This document shows, one piece after another, positions 9,764 to 20,550 of a DNA stretch of 64,000 nucleotides. Every line of letters begins with the position of its first letter. Within the stretch, counting starts at the first letter, position 1. The DNA comes from an uncultured candidatus Porisulfidus sp. (GTDB lineage: Bacteria; Pseudomonadota; Gammaproteobacteria; Poriferisulfidales; Oxydemutatoraceae): contig OZ244052.1 in assembly GCA_965215125.1 (NCBI GenBank), forward strand, positions 2,048,001 to 2,112,000, written 5' to 3'. The notes below the pieces were generated by a model. That model was not told the DNA's origin and ran no database searches. It saw nothing but the letters and a program-made list of their open reading frames with translations. Made by a program: the position numbers and the translations under genes.

Positions 9764-10627
9764 ATGAGCTGGTTCGAAAAATTAATACCTTCGCGTATAC
9801 GCACCGCCCGCAAAGATAATCGCAAAATACCGGAAGGCTTATGGGACAAATGCCCGGCGTGTCAAGCCGTCTTGTATCAACCCGAATTAAAAAAGAACCT
9901 TTATGTTTGTCCGAAATGCGGTCATCATATTAGGATCTCCGCCAGAACGCGTATTGATTTATTCCTAGATGAGGAAGGGCGCGTAGAGTTAAGCGGTAAC
10001 ATAAAACCTACCGACTTTCTAAAATTCAAAGACAAGAAACGTTATAGGGAGCGTTACACGGCAGCCTATAAAAGTACCTCCGAGCGCGACGCACTCGTCG
10101 TATATCAAGGTGAGCTGAAATCTAAACCTGTCGTAGTTGCTGCGTTTGACTTCAATTTTATAGGTGGCTCTATGGGTGCGGTGGTCGGCGAGCTCTTTAA
10201 GCGTGCGGTTGAACAATCGGTGGAAATACGCGCACCACTGGTATGCTTTTCAACGAGCGGTGGTGCGCGTATGCAAGAATCTTTGGTTTCTTTGTTTCAA
10301 ATGGCTAAAACCAGTGCCGTATTGGCAAAGTTATCGGAACAGCGCATCCCGTTTATTTCGGTGTTGTGCGATCCGACGATGGGCGGTGTATCCGCCAGCT
10401 TGGCGATGCTCGGTGATGTAATCATCGCCGAACCCAAGGCTTTGGTAGGCTTTGCCGGCCCTAGAGTGATTGAACAAACCGTCAAGCAGACATTGCCGGA
10501 AGGGTTTCAACGCAGCGAGTTTTTATTGAAGCACGGCGCAATAGATATGATCGTAGATCGCAAGGAAATACGAGAGCGAGTTGCAAATATACTTGCATTG
10601 CTGATGAAATACCGAATGCAAGCATGA
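9764..10627 (+). CDS. accD: Acetyl-CoA carboxylase carboxyltransferase beta subunit
   Basis: W-KCP-C zinc finger, [26 protein letters not shown]. Confidence 0.97.
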   Translation: MSWFEKLIPSRIRTARKDNRKIPEGLWDKCPACQAVLYQPELKKNLYVCPKCGHHIRISARTRIDLFLDEEGRVELSGNIKPTDFLKFKDKKRYRERYTAAYKSTSERDALVVYQGELKSKPVVVAAFDFNFIGGSMGAVVGELFKRAVEQSVEIRAPLVCFSTSGGARMQESLVSLFQMAKTSAVLAKLSEQRIPFISVLCDPTMGGVSASLAMLGDVIIAEPKALVGFAGPRVIEQTVKQTLPEGFQRSEFLLKHGAIDMIVDRKEIRERVANILALLMKYRMQA

Positions 10628-11916
10628 GTTCCGAGAAAGGCAAGTATTCGGCAGAATTAGATCTATGGCTAGACAAGCATAGACGAACCCACCCTCAAGA
10701 AATAGAGTTGGGTTTGGATCGCGTCAAGGAAGTCGCTGCAAATATGCAGTTGTTGAATCCCGAGCAAACGGTCATAACGGTCGCCGGCACCAACGGTAAA
10801 GGGTCGACGGTTGCAATGTTGGAAGCGATGTTGCGCGCCGCAGGTTATATCACCGCAAGCTACACTTCGCCACACATGCACCGCTATAACGAGCGTATTA
10901 AAATCAATAACCGCTGTGTAAACGATGCCGAATTATGCCGTGCGTTCGAGCTTATAGAAGCACGGCGCAGTGACATCAGCTTGAGTTTTTTTGAGTTCAG
11001 TACGCTGGCAGCATTGCAATGTTTTAAGTTCAACAATCCCGATATCATTTTGTTAGAGACCGGCTTGGGTGGACGGTTGGATGCCGTTAATATCATCGAT
11101 GCCGACGTTGCCGTTATCACCGGTATCGGTATAGACCATGTCGAATGGTTGGGTGATAACAGAGAGTCTATCGGTCGCGAGAAAGCCGGCATCACGCGAC
11201 CCGGATCGCCCTGTGTTTGTGGCGATCCGAACCCTACCGAGTCTATTAAGATATTGAAAAAAGATCGTCCCTTATATTTACTTAATGAGAATTTCGGTTA
11301 TCGCAAAAACGCTAACCGATGGGATTTTGAAAGCACCGACGGTCGTTTTGAAGATTTGCCTTTGCCGGCGTTATTCGGCGATATACAGTTGCAGAATGCA
11401 AGTTGCGCACTGATGACATTTACGCTGATGAAGGATTTCAAAATATCTCGCAAGGCGATTATGGAAGGATTGACTAAGGTTTATTTACCCGGTCGCTTCC
11501 AGATTAGATATCAAACCGTAGATTCTAAAAAGATAACCGGTATTTTCGATATCAGCCATAATCCTCAAGGTGTAGAAGTTATGGTACAGAATCTGAAGAG
11601 CTTCACCAACGGTGCCAAACTGCATGCGGTATTTGCGATTCTATCTACCAAAGATGTGGACAATGTGACTAAAACCGTAGCTCCTTGGATTGATCACTGG
11701 TATTTGGCAGAGCCCGATTCTACACACGCCTTGCCTGTTGCCAAGCTAAAAAGTGTCATAAATCGGCATACAAACGCATCAAATGGTATACAATGTTTCA
11801 CCTCGGTATCGGAGGCATACAACTATGCAATACACAATATACAAAACGGAGAGCAATTACTCGTTTTCGGTTCTACGATGACCGTTGCAGAAGCCTTGAA
11901 GGAATTGGATGCTTAA
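10624..11916 (+). CDS. folC: Folylpolyglutamate/dihydrofolate synthase
   Basis: [32 protein letters not shown]; synteny. Confidence 0.96.
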   Translation: MSSEKGKYSAELDLWLDKHRRTHPQEIELGLDRVKEVAANMQLLNPEQTVITVAGTNGKGSTVAMLEAMLRAAGYITASYTSPHMHRYNERIKINNRCVNDAELCRAFELIEARRSDISLSFFEFSTLAALQCFKFNNPDIILLETGLGGRLDAVNIIDADVAVITGIGIDHVEWLGDNRESIGREKAGITRPGSPCVCGDPNPTESIKILKKDRPLYLLNENFGYRKNANRWDFESTDGRFEDLPLPALFGDIQLQNASCALMTFTLMKDFKISRKAIMEGLTKVYLPGRFQIRYQTVDSKKITGIFDISHNPQGVEVMVQNLKSFTNGAKLHAVFAILSTKDVDNVTKTVAPWIDHWYLAEPDSTHALPVAKLKSVINRHTNASNGIQCFTSVSEAYNYAIHNIQNGEQLLVFGSTMTVAEALKELDA

Positions 11917-12496
11917 GATGGAACAGCATATCAAGCAACGATTATTAGGTACGGTGATACTGGTTTCGGTTGCGGTAATCGTATTGCCTTTGTTGTTGGA
12001 CGGTGAGGGTTATAGGGCGATGCAAAGTATAGAGATCAATGCGCCGCAAAAGCCGAAGTTTGAATATCACCAAAAAGGTTTTACAATTCCTCTCAATGAA
12101 CCCGATAAACAAGCGGATTTATTGGAACCGCCGCCGCCGATGGATATCAAAGGATTCAACGATAGTATGACTGCGCCGCCCGAGCCAATCGACGCAAGCG
12201 CACAAAACCGTCCGTCGTCGGAAATGCTATCGGATGAGCCGGCGGATGCCGAACTTACCACGCTGTGGGTGATGCAAGTGGGGAGTTTTAGTGTTGAAGA
12301 AAATGCTTTCGTAGCACGCGAAAAAATCAATGCGATAGAAGCAAATAATATGTTCGTCAACATAGAAACGGAGATGATCGATAGCCGTGAGATTTATGTC
12401 GTCAAGGTAGTTTCCGACGATTACGAGGCTTTGAGCGAGATAGCGGAACTTATCAAAAAAGATTATCCCGATGCCTTTATAAAAGGGAGAGAATGA
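11909..12496 (+). CDS. dedD: SPOR-domain cell division protein DedD-like (copy 1)
   Basis: KQRLLGTVILV N-terminal TM helix, Pro-rich linker, WVMQVGSFS SPOR start; between folC and cvpA. Confidence 0.8.
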   Translation: MLKMEQHIKQRLLGTVILVSVAVIVLPLLLDGEGYRAMQSIEINAPQKPKFEYHQKGFTIPLNEPDKQADLLEPPPPMDIKGFNDSMTAPPEPIDASAQNRPSSEMLSDEPADAELTTLWVMQVGSFSVEENAFVAREKINAIEANNMFVNIETEMIDSREIYVVKVVSDDYEALSEIAELIKKDYPDAFIKGRE

Positions 12497-12500
12497 CTCG

Positions 12501-12836
12501 ATGTTGAATTATGTCGATGTTGCGATATGTTTGATTCTATTTATTTCGGTGAGTATAGGTATCTATAAAGGATTTGTTAAGGAAACATTATTTCCGGCAA
12601 GTTTGATTTTGGCGTTCGCGCCGGTGAAAGATTTCAAGATACCTTGCGAGGCGGATGTGGACAATGTGACTAAAACCGTAGCCCCTTTGATTGATCATTG
12701 GTATTCGGCAGAACCCGACTCTATACACGCTTTGCCTGTCGCCAAGCTAAAAAATGTCATAAATCGGCATGCAAACGCATCAAATGGTATACAATGTTTT
12801 ACTTCGGTATCGGAGGCATACAACTATGCAATATAA
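12501..12836 (+). pseudogene. Chimeric ORF at the duplication junction: CvpA N-terminus fused to FolC C-terminal fragment
   Basis: First ~38 aa match CvpA (13379); the remainder matches FolC KDFKI and [11 protein letters not shown]...EAYNYAI; premature TAA. Confidence 0.85.
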
Positions 12837-12909
12837 AACATACAAAACGGAGAGCAATTACTCGTTTTCGGTTCTACGATGACCGTCTCAGATGCCTTGA
12901 AGAAATTGG

Positions 12910-13374
12910 ATGCTTAAGATGGAACGGCATATCAAGAAACGACTATTAGGTACAATCGTACTGGTTTCGGTTGCGGTAATCGTATTGACTTTGTTATTGG
13001 AACCGCCGCCGCCGTCGATGGATACCGAAGGATTCAACGATAGTATGACCGCACCGCCTAGACAAATCGACGCAAGCGAACAAAACTATCCGTCGCCGGA
13101 AATACTATTGGATGAACCGGCGGATGCCGAATTTACCCCGTTGTGGGTGACGCAAGTGGGGAGTTTTGATGTTGAGGAAGATGCTTTCGTAGCACGCGAA
13201 AAAACCATTGCAATGGAGGCAATGAATGTGTTCGTCAACATAGAAACCGAGATGGTTGATGGTCGTGAGGTTTATGTCGTCAAAGTACTTTCCGACGATT
13301 ACGAGGCTTTGAGCGAGATAACGGAACTTATCAAAAAAGATTATCCCGATGCCTTTATAAAAGGAAGAGAATGA
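12910..13374 (+). CDS. dedD: DedD-like SPOR protein (copy 2, in-frame internal deletion)
   Basis: Paralogous to 11909-12496 but lacks ~42 linker residues. Confidence 0.75.
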   Translation: MLKMERHIKKRLLGTIVLVSVAVIVLTLLLEPPPPSMDTEGFNDSMTAPPRQIDASEQNYPSPEILLDEPADAEFTPLWVTQVGSFDVEEDAFVAREKTIAMEAMNVFVNIETEMVDGREVYVVKVLSDDYEALSEITELIKKDYPDAFIKGRE

Positions 13375-13378
13375 CTCG

Positions 13379-13987
13379 ATGCTGAATTATGTCGATGTTG
13401 CGATATGTTTGATTCTGTCTATTTCGGTGAGTATAGGTATCTATAAAGGATTTGTTAAGGAAACATTATCTCTGGCGAGTTTGATTTTGGCGTTGTTTCT
13501 AGCCTTTTATTTATCCGACTATCCGGTGCGTTGGTTGATGCCGGTTTCGCAAAACTGGGGCGGAGAATGGCTAGGCTTTAATATAGAAGGAGAATCTATC
13601 GTCTTTGTGGTCTCGTTTATATTGATTTTCGTTGTCTCACTCGTCATCGGCAATCTACTAAGCAATGCGCTTAGCAATTTAGTCTCGCACAGCACTATAC
13701 TAAAAGGCATGAATCGTATTTTAGGTGCCGCTTTCGGTTTGGTCCGAGGTGCAATCATCGTGATGCTGTTGGTTATTTTTGCCGGACTGACGAAAGTGTC
13801 GATCTACGATTGGTGGTATCAATCTCGCTTGTTGCCTCCGTTCATTGACGGCGCACAACGCATCGTGGCAATGTTGCCGGCACAGTATTCTTGGCATTTT
13901 GATTTCGGCTCGCCCGATGTCGGAACCGAAAATCCCACGGAATTGAACCCCGCACCTCGTCGCAAAGCCGAGGAACACAGCATTTAG
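13379..13987 (+). CDS. cvpA: CvpA family membrane protein
   Basis: GIYKGFVKETLSL, NRILGAAFGLVRG, W.QSRLLP.F; upstream of purF. Confidence 0.93.
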   Translation: MLNYVDVAICLILSISVSIGIYKGFVKETLSLASLILALFLAFYLSDYPVRWLMPVSQNWGGEWLGFNIEGESIVFVVSFILIFVVSLVIGNLLSNALSNLVSHSTILKGMNRILGAAFGLVRGAIIVMLLVIFAGLTKVSIYDWWYQSRLLPPFIDGAQRIVAMLPAQYSWHFDFGSPDVGTENPTELNPAPRRKAEEHSI

Positions 13988-14001
13988 TGAGATAATTCGG
14001 T

Positions 14002-15498
14002 ATGTGCGGGATACTCGCTATTTATGGTCACCAATCGGTTGCACAATCTCTGCACGACGGCTTATTGCTATTGCAACATCGCGGCCAAGATGCTGCCGGG
14101 ATTATAACGCAAGAAGGTAACAGGATATACCAACATAAAGGCAACGGTCTGGTCAGGGATGTATTTCAAGCGAATAATAAGCTCAACTTAAAGGGTTCTA
14201 TCGGTATTGCCCATGTGCGTTATCCTACCGCAGGTACTTCGCATCGTGCGGAAGCACAGCCGCTCTATGTCAATAGCCCTTACGGCATTGCGCTTGCACA
14301 CAACGGTAACTTGATCAACTCCGAGAAACTGATAACGCAGTTATTCAATGAGAATAGAAGGCATATTAACACCGGCTCGGACTCGGAAATTTTATTAAAT
14401 ATATTTGCCCACGAACTACTCCAGCAGAAATTAATGCTGGGGCCGAATGAGATATTTGAGGCGGTAAAGAAATTGCATAAGCGAGTGAACGGCAGCTACG
14501 CCGTGGTGGCAATGATCGCCGGTGTGGGTATCGTTGCGTTTCGCGATCCGTATGCAATTCGCCCGTTAATCTACGGTGTAAGAGAAACGACTAGAGGCGT
14601 GGAACACATGTTTGCTTCGGAGAGTGTTGCATTCGGCACCTCCGGCTTCCGGAAAGTTAGAGACTTAAAACCGGGTGAAGCCATCTTTATAGATAGTGCA
14701 GGCGATCTTTATGCAAAGGTATGCAGTGAGTCTTCGGAGTACCGCAGTTGCATATTTGAATATGTTTATTTTGCACGCCCCGACTCCGAAATAGACGAAG
14801 TTTTTGTCCATAAAGCGCGCATGCGTATGGGCGACAAATTGGCGAAGAAGATTAAACGAGAATGGCCGGATTATAAAATTGATGTTGTGATACCGGTGCC
14901 CGACACCAGCCGTACCGCTGCACTGGAACTGGCAATCAAACTCAAAGTGCGTTATCGTGAAGGGTTTATAAAAAACCGCTATATAGGTCGCACATTCATT
15001 ATGCCCGAACAGCAAGAGCGACAAAAATCCGTGCGTTACAAATTGAACCCGCTCGGTATCGAGTTTAAGAACAAGAATGTAATGATCGTCGACGATTCCA
15101 TCGTGCGCGGTACGACCTCCAAACAAATCGTACAGATGGCACGCGAAGCCGGTGCCGAACGGGTATTTTTAGTCTCGGCATCTCCACCCATACGTTATCC
15201 GAATATCTACGGCATTGATATGCCGGTGCCGGGCGAATTGATCGCGCATAATCGCAGCGTAGACCAAATTTGCTCTTTTGTAGGGGCAGACGGCTTGTTT
15301 TATCAGGATTTGGAAGATTTGGTGGCGGCGGTACGAAAAGGCAACCCGAAGCTAAAGTATTTTGATTGCTCTATGTTCAACGGTGAATATGTGGTTGAAC
15401 CCGAAGTCGGTTATCTGGATCGAATAAGGCGACAACGCAGCGAAGAGTCCAAGCAAGAGAAAAAGAAAGCAGGTGAAGCGGATTTGTATATCGTATAA
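14002..15498 (+). CDS. purF: Amidophosphoribosyltransferase
   Basis: MCGI, LQHRGQDAAG, HVRYPTAG, VDDSIVRGTT. Confidence 0.98.
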   Translation: MCGILAIYGHQSVAQSLHDGLLLLQHRGQDAAGIITQEGNRIYQHKGNGLVRDVFQANNKLNLKGSIGIAHVRYPTAGTSHRAEAQPLYVNSPYGIALAHNGNLINSEKLITQLFNENRRHINTGSDSEILLNIFAHELLQQKLMLGPNEIFEAVKKLHKRVNGSYAVVAMIAGVGIVAFRDPYAIRPLIYGVRETTRGVEHMFASESVAFGTSGFRKVRDLKPGEAIFIDSAGDLYAKVCSESSEYRSCIFEYVYFARPDSEIDEVFVHKARMRMGDKLAKKIKREWPDYKIDVVIPVPDTSRTAALELAIKLKVRYREGFIKNRYIGRTFIMPEQQERQKSVRYKLNPLGIEFKNKNVMIVDDSIVRGTTSKQIVQMAREAGAERVFLVSASPPIRYPNIYGIDMPVPGELIAHNRSVDQICSFVGADGLFYQDLEDLVAAVRKGNPKLKYFDCSMFNGEYVVEPEVGYLDRIRRQRSEESKQEKKKAGEADLYIV

Positions 15499-15580
15499 AA
15501 AGCGATAGATTAAGAAAAGTTCATGTGCATTACAAACAGAGAGGTTTATCATCGTTGATTGGCAAACACAATCTCGCCGT

Positions 15581-16093
15581 TTGCTGAGGATTTATCCTAA
15601 ATACGCACGGCATCCGCTGGCATTGATCGATATTTGCACACAAAGGCTCTATCTAATCAAGCGTTTGCATCTACATGCGCGGTATCCGATATCCACATCG
15701 CGCTATGGTGTGGGTGCTACAGAGGACTCTCGTAAAACACCGCAAGGCGCACATCGGGTTGCAATGAAAATAGGTGAAGGCGAACCGCTTTACAGATGTT
15801 TCAAAACACGGCTGCCAACCGATAAGATTGCATCACCCAACCCGCATACAACAATCGGTTGCGAAGATGCAATCTGCACCCGTATTTTATGGTTAGCCGG
15901 ACTTGAAGCGAATATCAATCAGGGAGGCTACCACGACTCCCAACGCCGCTATATCTACATACACGGCACGACCGACGAAAAGCGCATCGGTCGTCCGTCG
16001 TCGGTCGGTTGTATTAGAATGAAAAACAAAGATGTAGTAGAAGTATTTGATATCTTAGAGTGCAATTCCATCGTTTATATTATTGCACCATAG
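15581..16093 (+). CDS. L,D-transpeptidase (YkuD family)
   Basis: YPISTSRYGVG, TPQG, IYIHGT...S.GCIRM catalytic motif; start uncertain. Confidence 0.85.
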   Translation: MLRIYPKYARHPLALIDICTQRLYLIKRLHLHARYPISTSRYGVGATEDSRKTPQGAHRVAMKIGEGEPLYRCFKTRLPTDKIASPNPHTTIGCEDAICTRILWLAGLEANINQGGYHDSQRRYIYIHGTTDEKRIGRPSSVGCIRMKNKDVVEVFDILECNSIVYIIAP

Positions 16094-16135
16094 AACCGCC
16101 GATTGAGCTTGTAGGGGCGGACTAGAACCGCCAAG
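16091..16135 (+). repeat. Repeat module B end plus GTAG-REP half
   Basis: tagaaccgccgattgagcttgtaggggcggactagaaccgcc. Confidence 0.75.
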
Positions 16136-16152
16136 TACCGTACGATTGTTTT

Positions 16153-16971
16153 TCATAAATCAACGGCTAAACGCGATTGAATATTCGGGAGGCAACGGTA
16201 TTTATCTATGATTTCTCCCCGACGACCCAACCTGTCTTGAATCATCGTATAATACTTTTGATTGATTTCACAAGACAAGAAAACTCTATTCATCTTTTCT
16301 GCCAACACTATCTCCGATCCACTGCCACCGAATAGAATGAATACACTATCTCCGGGTTTCGTGGTCGCGGAAATAAGCATTTCTACAAGTTTCAAAGGAA
16401 TTTGACAAGAATGAAAAGTTTTGTCTTTTGAAACATTTTTGACAAGGTTAAAGTAAAACCACGAATACGGCATCCGTCCCTTTGCGCCGTTTGCTATCTG
16501 TTCTCGTATCCGAGGATCTTCGGGATTTTTGTACGGCTGGGCAACTTGCTCCTTGTAGAAAGCATTATCTTTGCTTTTGGTCGCATGAAGTATAGAGCGG
16601 TGCGCCGTTGTAAAGCGGTGCTTGGAATGTCCTACATTCGTATTATAAACCCATACATACTCATGCAAACCGTACGCTAAATGCTCTAGACACTTAACTC
16701 GCAAATGTGCATTTTGTCTTGGATAATTGATGGTGAACAGATTGCCGGTTGTCTTTATAACGCGCATTGATTCGGTGATGATATCCGAGTACCAAGCAAT
16801 ATAACGATCCCAAGGCAATGTGCATTTCTGCCCGGCATAATTGATACCGACATTGTAATCAGGATCTGCATAGACTAAATCAATACTATTGTCGGGAATA
16901 TCCTTTAGGACATTCATAACATCAAAATTAAATATTTGATTATGGTATTTATTAGGAAGCGTTTTCATCAT
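16153..16971 (-). CDS. N4/N6 DNA methyltransferase (beta-type motif order)
   Basis: SIDLVYADPDYN (motif IV variant), HSCQIP, ILFGGSGS (motif I variant), SCEIN. Confidence 0.85.
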   Translation of the reverse strand: MMKTLPNKYHNQIFNFDVMNVLKDIPDNSIDLVYADPDYNVGINYAGQKCTLPWDRYIAWYSDIITESMRVIKTTGNLFTINYPRQNAHLRVKCLEHLAYGLHEYVWVYNTNVGHSKHRFTTAHRSILHATKSKDNAFYKEQVAQPYKNPEDPRIREQIANGAKGRMPYSWFYFNLVKNVSKDKTFHSCQIPLKLVEMLISATTKPGDSVFILFGGSGSEIVLAEKMNRVFLSCEINQKYYTMIQDRLGRRGEIIDKYRCLPNIQSRLAVDL

Positions 16972-17743
16972 CTCTTGTAGCTAAATTATAGAGAGATTTT
17001 TTAATAAGTCTAATGGATTGCATATCCCTTATGTCCGAGAAGGTATAAAGGTATAAGCTAACGATATTTTTATTTTTATCTCGGAGTAAGTAACAACATT
17101 CTATCTTTTTTATGCCTTCAATATTCTTATTATGATAAACCAAAAAAGGGTGGAAAAGTTGATACACGGAAAAATCATCGGGAGAGCCGTTTTTTGCTTC
17201 TAAAATTGTAACTTCTCCGTTATGCTCAAAAGTAGCATCTAGTTCTACTTGTAATTTTTCTGCATTGATTGTTTCGTCGCCTACACAATAAGATGCAGTA
17301 AATTTTGTACGGCGAGACATATATATCTTGGGACTCTCGGTTATATCTTCATATAGAAAATGCTGAATAATTCTTTGATTGTAGACTAGAGAAATGGTAT
17401 TGCTCTCACTGTCATCCGTGTGATTAAGCAAACTTGGTTTATATGGCCACGGCACTATTTCATTCTCCATAATAGGCTCAAATCGATGGTACCAAATATC
17501 CAATCCTTTGATGAATTTATAGTGTCCTTTACCTAAACCTGCAATGCAATAGCCGGCATTTTTAACTTCTTCGGGTAATTTTACCGATTGGTCTATTTTT
17601 GTTGCATCGTAAGTATTTTTGAAGCCAATCTCTCCGGATATTTCTTTCACGAGATGAGTGTCAAACTCAAGATTATTGACACGCTTGCAATGATCAAATA
17701 GACGAACTATAACTCCCTTTTTCTTAGAGATATTTTTTTCCAT
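16952..17743 (-). CDS. Putative type II restriction endonuclease (PD-(D/E)XK)
   Basis: QVELDATFE...ILEAKN core; overlaps the MTase; AT-rich. Confidence 0.7.
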   Translation of the reverse strand: MEKNISKKKGVIVRLFDHCKRVNNLEFDTHLVKEISGEIGFKNTYDATKIDQSVKLPEEVKNAGYCIAGLGKGHYKFIKGLDIWYHRFEPIMENEIVPWPYKPSLLNHTDDSESNTISLVYNQRIIQHFLYEDITESPKIYMSRRTKFTASYCVGDETINAEKLQVELDATFEHNGEVTILEAKNGSPDDFSVYQLFHPFLVYHNKNIEGIKKIECCYLLRDKNKNIVSLYLYTFSDIRDMQSIRLIKKSLYNLATRDDENAS

Positions 17744-17912
17744 CTTTCAATATAAATCTCTTTTAATGATTTTTTAATAAATTTTGTTCAGTGTAGCATA
17801 AACATTTTTGAAATTTCCTATTTATCCTGCCCGTGTTTACCTTCTCGTATTAGTTTTATCGGCATCGTCTATATTGCACCCATACACCGCTCGCGTTAGA
17901 ATACCCGTAATC

Positions 17913-19148
17913 ATGCAAGATAAAATTCGTAGCGACTTAATGCAAATTTTTAATAGCGGGCTCGATAGAGTTAGGGGACGTCGGGCAGTCGTCGCCGACC
18001 TTGAGGCACATCGCCCGAGTAGCGAGGCACTACATTTGGTTGCGATAGGCAAGGCCGCATCGGATATGACTTTGGGTGCGTTGGATGTGCTCGGCAACCG
18101 AATAAAAGACGGTTTGTTGATTACCAAGCATTTACATACAGCACCCGAACTACACGACAATAATTCCATAGAGGTCATAGAATCGGATCATCCGGTGCCT
18201 AGCGATAAGAGCCTAGAGGCGGGAAGGCGATTATTAGCCTATTTGGAAAGCCGTACGGTTCGTAAGGCGCATTTTCTTTTTTTATTGTCGGGGGGTGCTT
18301 CGAGCTTGGTTGAAGTACTGCCTACCGGCATGCGTTTGGAGGATCTAAAAAACATGACCGAAGTGTTGCTCGCCAAAGGCCTGAATATAGGGCAGATGAA
18401 TGCAGTGCGCCAGGCACTTTCGTGCATTAAAGGTGGACGATTGGCAATGAAACTCAGAGGTTGCGAGGTATTGAATTTGATGATATCCGATGTGCCGAGA
18501 AACGACCCTAGTGTAATAGGCTCGGGCTTGCTGAATCCACCGCGCACAAAACCGAATTTTGATGATTACCCTAAGGAAATTAGAGATTGTTTGACCGGCA
18601 TTACATTAGTGCCACCGCCCGACGCAGATGCCTTTAGGCTTATCGATACCCGTATAGTTGCGCGTTTGGACGATGCCAAAGAAGCGTGTGTTAATAAGGC
18701 AATAGCTTTAGGTTACGATGCCCGTTTGATGCCGGACTTCGTAGCCGGTGATGTCGTAGCGGTTGCCGACCGTTTATGCGACACATTATTCACCGATAAG
18801 CACCAATTACTGGTTTGGGGAGGAGAACCCTCTATGCAACTACCGCAATCTCCGGGACGAGGTGGGCGCAACCAGCATCTCGCTTTGTTGATAGCCGAAC
18901 GCCTGTCAAATAAAGAAGGTTTTTATTTTGTAATTGCCGGCACCGACGGTAGCGACGGACCGACTACCGATGCCGGTGCCTTAGTTGACGGCACGACGGT
19001 GCGTAGAGCTTCGGCACTGGGCTTGGATATCAAACATAGCTTGGCAAATGCGGATAGCGGCAATTTTTTGGAGCAGACTCGAGATTTAATCAGCACCGGT
19101 CCCACCGGAACCAATGTTATGGATTTGATGATAGGGCTCAGAATATAG
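17913..19148 (+). CDS. Glycerate 2-kinase / hydroxypyruvate reductase (MOFRL family)
   Basis: IGKAA, HPVP, LSGGASSL, GGE, GRGGRNQ, GTDGSDG, TGPTGTNVMD; ATG at 17913 preferred. Confidence 0.92.
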   Translation: MQDKIRSDLMQIFNSGLDRVRGRRAVVADLEAHRPSSEALHLVAIGKAASDMTLGALDVLGNRIKDGLLITKHLHTAPELHDNNSIEVIESDHPVPSDKSLEAGRRLLAYLESRTVRKAHFLFLLSGGASSLVEVLPTGMRLEDLKNMTEVLLAKGLNIGQMNAVRQALSCIKGGRLAMKLRGCEVLNLMISDVPRNDPSVIGSGLLNPPRTKPNFDDYPKEIRDCLTGITLVPPPDADAFRLIDTRIVARLDDAKEACVNKAIALGYDARLMPDFVAGDVVAVADRLCDTLFTDKHQLLVWGGEPSMQLPQSPGRGGRNQHLALLIAERLSNKEGFYFVIAGTDGSDGPTTDAGALVDGTTVRRASALGLDIKHSLANADSGNFLEQTRDLISTGPTGTNVMDLMIGLRI

Positions 19149-19199
19149 ATTGTATCAACGCGCTGCTCTGTGCACAACCACGATATAAACTACGAACAG

Positions 19200-19266
19200 C
19201 AATCATGTTGAGGTTCTGCACAATGTCACGCCGATTGACCTACCGGTTCAATCGGCGGTTCTATTG
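19200..19266 (+). repeat. Repeat module B
   Basis: catgttgaggttctgcacaatgtcacgccgattgacctaccggttcaatcggcggttctatt; near-identical at 32452 and 40201. Confidence 0.85.
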
Positions 19267-19497
19267 ACGGATTTTAGGACTTCGTCTCGTAATTCCAATC
19301 CCAGAATTTTAATAATTATATACATTCTACACCAACAGAATATTGACCAGTGAGCTTTGAAAAATCAGGCAAATGCAAGTATTGCGACTATGCGTCAGGA
19401 CCGAAAAATGAGGTAACGTCACTAATTTAACCGGAAATCTTATCTTTGTCATGGCTCGGTTTTTGGGGTAATGTCGGTAGCTTTAGACATTTTTAAC

Positions 19498-20550
19498 TTA
19501 AAGCATTATGCTGCCGATAGAATCTATCGCTATATCACAAAAATCCGGATTAATTTCAAAACCAATCCCGTTTCTTTTTAGGATTGAAGATGCAAGTAAA
19601 GTGGTTCCCGATCCCATAAATGGGTCAATAACCGACTCACCAACATAACTGTATGCACGAATTAAGCGGCTCGGCATCTCTAAAGGAAATGGAGCAGCAT
19701 GACTGCGGCTAACCCCGCTTTTTTCCGGCTTCATAAGCCAAACATCAGAATTCTTAATCGAAAGCCAAAAGTCTTTATCAAGCTTTGACATTTCTTTTTG
19801 CTCTTGAGTGACATGAGAATACTTTGAACAGACTTTATGCATTGGTTTCTCAAACTCTAAAATAAACTCATGCATGTGATTCAATAATATTCCACCGGGA
19901 TAAGGGTAAGTTCCAAAATGCGCGCGAACCCCATTTGTTTTATGCCAAACTATATCTCGCTTGAAAACGAAACCAATGTTTTCACACAAATCAACATTCC
20001 TACCTACAAGATTAAGTGTTTTAAATGTCTTATTTTGGCGAATTGGAAGATTCATTATGTTCAAAAAGAACTTGCGCCCTGGTTGGAGGACGCGATACAC
20101 CTCTTTCCATACATCGGATATTTCCGACAACCACTCTTCTAAATCATGGATATTTCCCAAGTCGGATTTTGAATCGGAATACATTTTGGCGTTGAAATAT
20201 GGAGGAGAAGTTATTGCCAAGTGAACACTCTCATCAGTAACACTATGCATATTTCTGCTATCAGAGCAGAATATTGTTTGCCTAGTTCCAAATTTATTAA
20301 TTTCAATTTTTCCTTTATTATCATTTTTTTTTCTCTTGGCATTTCTAAAATTCTCAATATCTTTCAAAGCCAATCTGTATTGACCGCTCGTTGATTTGAA
20401 TGCGGCGATATGGCCGTTTTTTATTTTGTTGTGTATTTCGGTTACAGAGAATCCGGTGTAATAAGATGCTTCTACTACGGACAGGTATTCTCGTTCCGCA
20501 TAATCCCTGTTGTTTTCGGTTTTATGCATGATTACTGTCAACAAATTCAA
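19498..20550 (-). CDS. DNA methyltransferase (SPPY, probably N4-cytosine) with N-terminal excisionase-like HTH
   Basis: YLSVVEASYYTG...GQYR HTH; ITSPPY, HAAPFP, DPFMGSGTT. Confidence 0.88.
   Translation of the reverse strand: MNLLTVIMHKTENNRDYAEREYLSVVEASYYTGFSVTEIHNKIKNGHIAAFKSTSGQYRLALKDIENFRNAKRKKNDNKGKIEINKFGTRQTIFCSDSRNMHSVTDESVHLAITSPPYFNAKMYSDSKSDLGNIHDLEEWLSEISDVWKEVYRVLQPGRKFFLNIMNLPIRQNKTFKTLNLVGRNVDLCENIGFVFKRDIVWHKTNGVRAHFGTYPYPGGILLNHMHEFILEFEKPMHKVCSKYSHVTQEQKEMSKLDKDFWLSIKNSDVWLMKPEKSGVSRSHAAPFPLEMPSRLIRAYSYVGESVIDPFMGSGTTLLASSILKRNGIGFEINPDFCDIAIDSIGSIML

Larger units (their letters stand above)
11415..13495 (+). repeat. Diverged tandem duplication of folC 3' end-dedD-cvpA 5' end
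   Basis: ~11415-12614 repeated at ~12615-13495 with substitutions and two internal deletions in copy 2. Confidence 0.9.

Noticed and set aside
11415-13495. Diversity-generating retroelement TR/VR pair
   Set aside because: Differences are mostly C/T and A/G transitions rather than adenine-specific changes, and there is no reverse transcriptase nearby.
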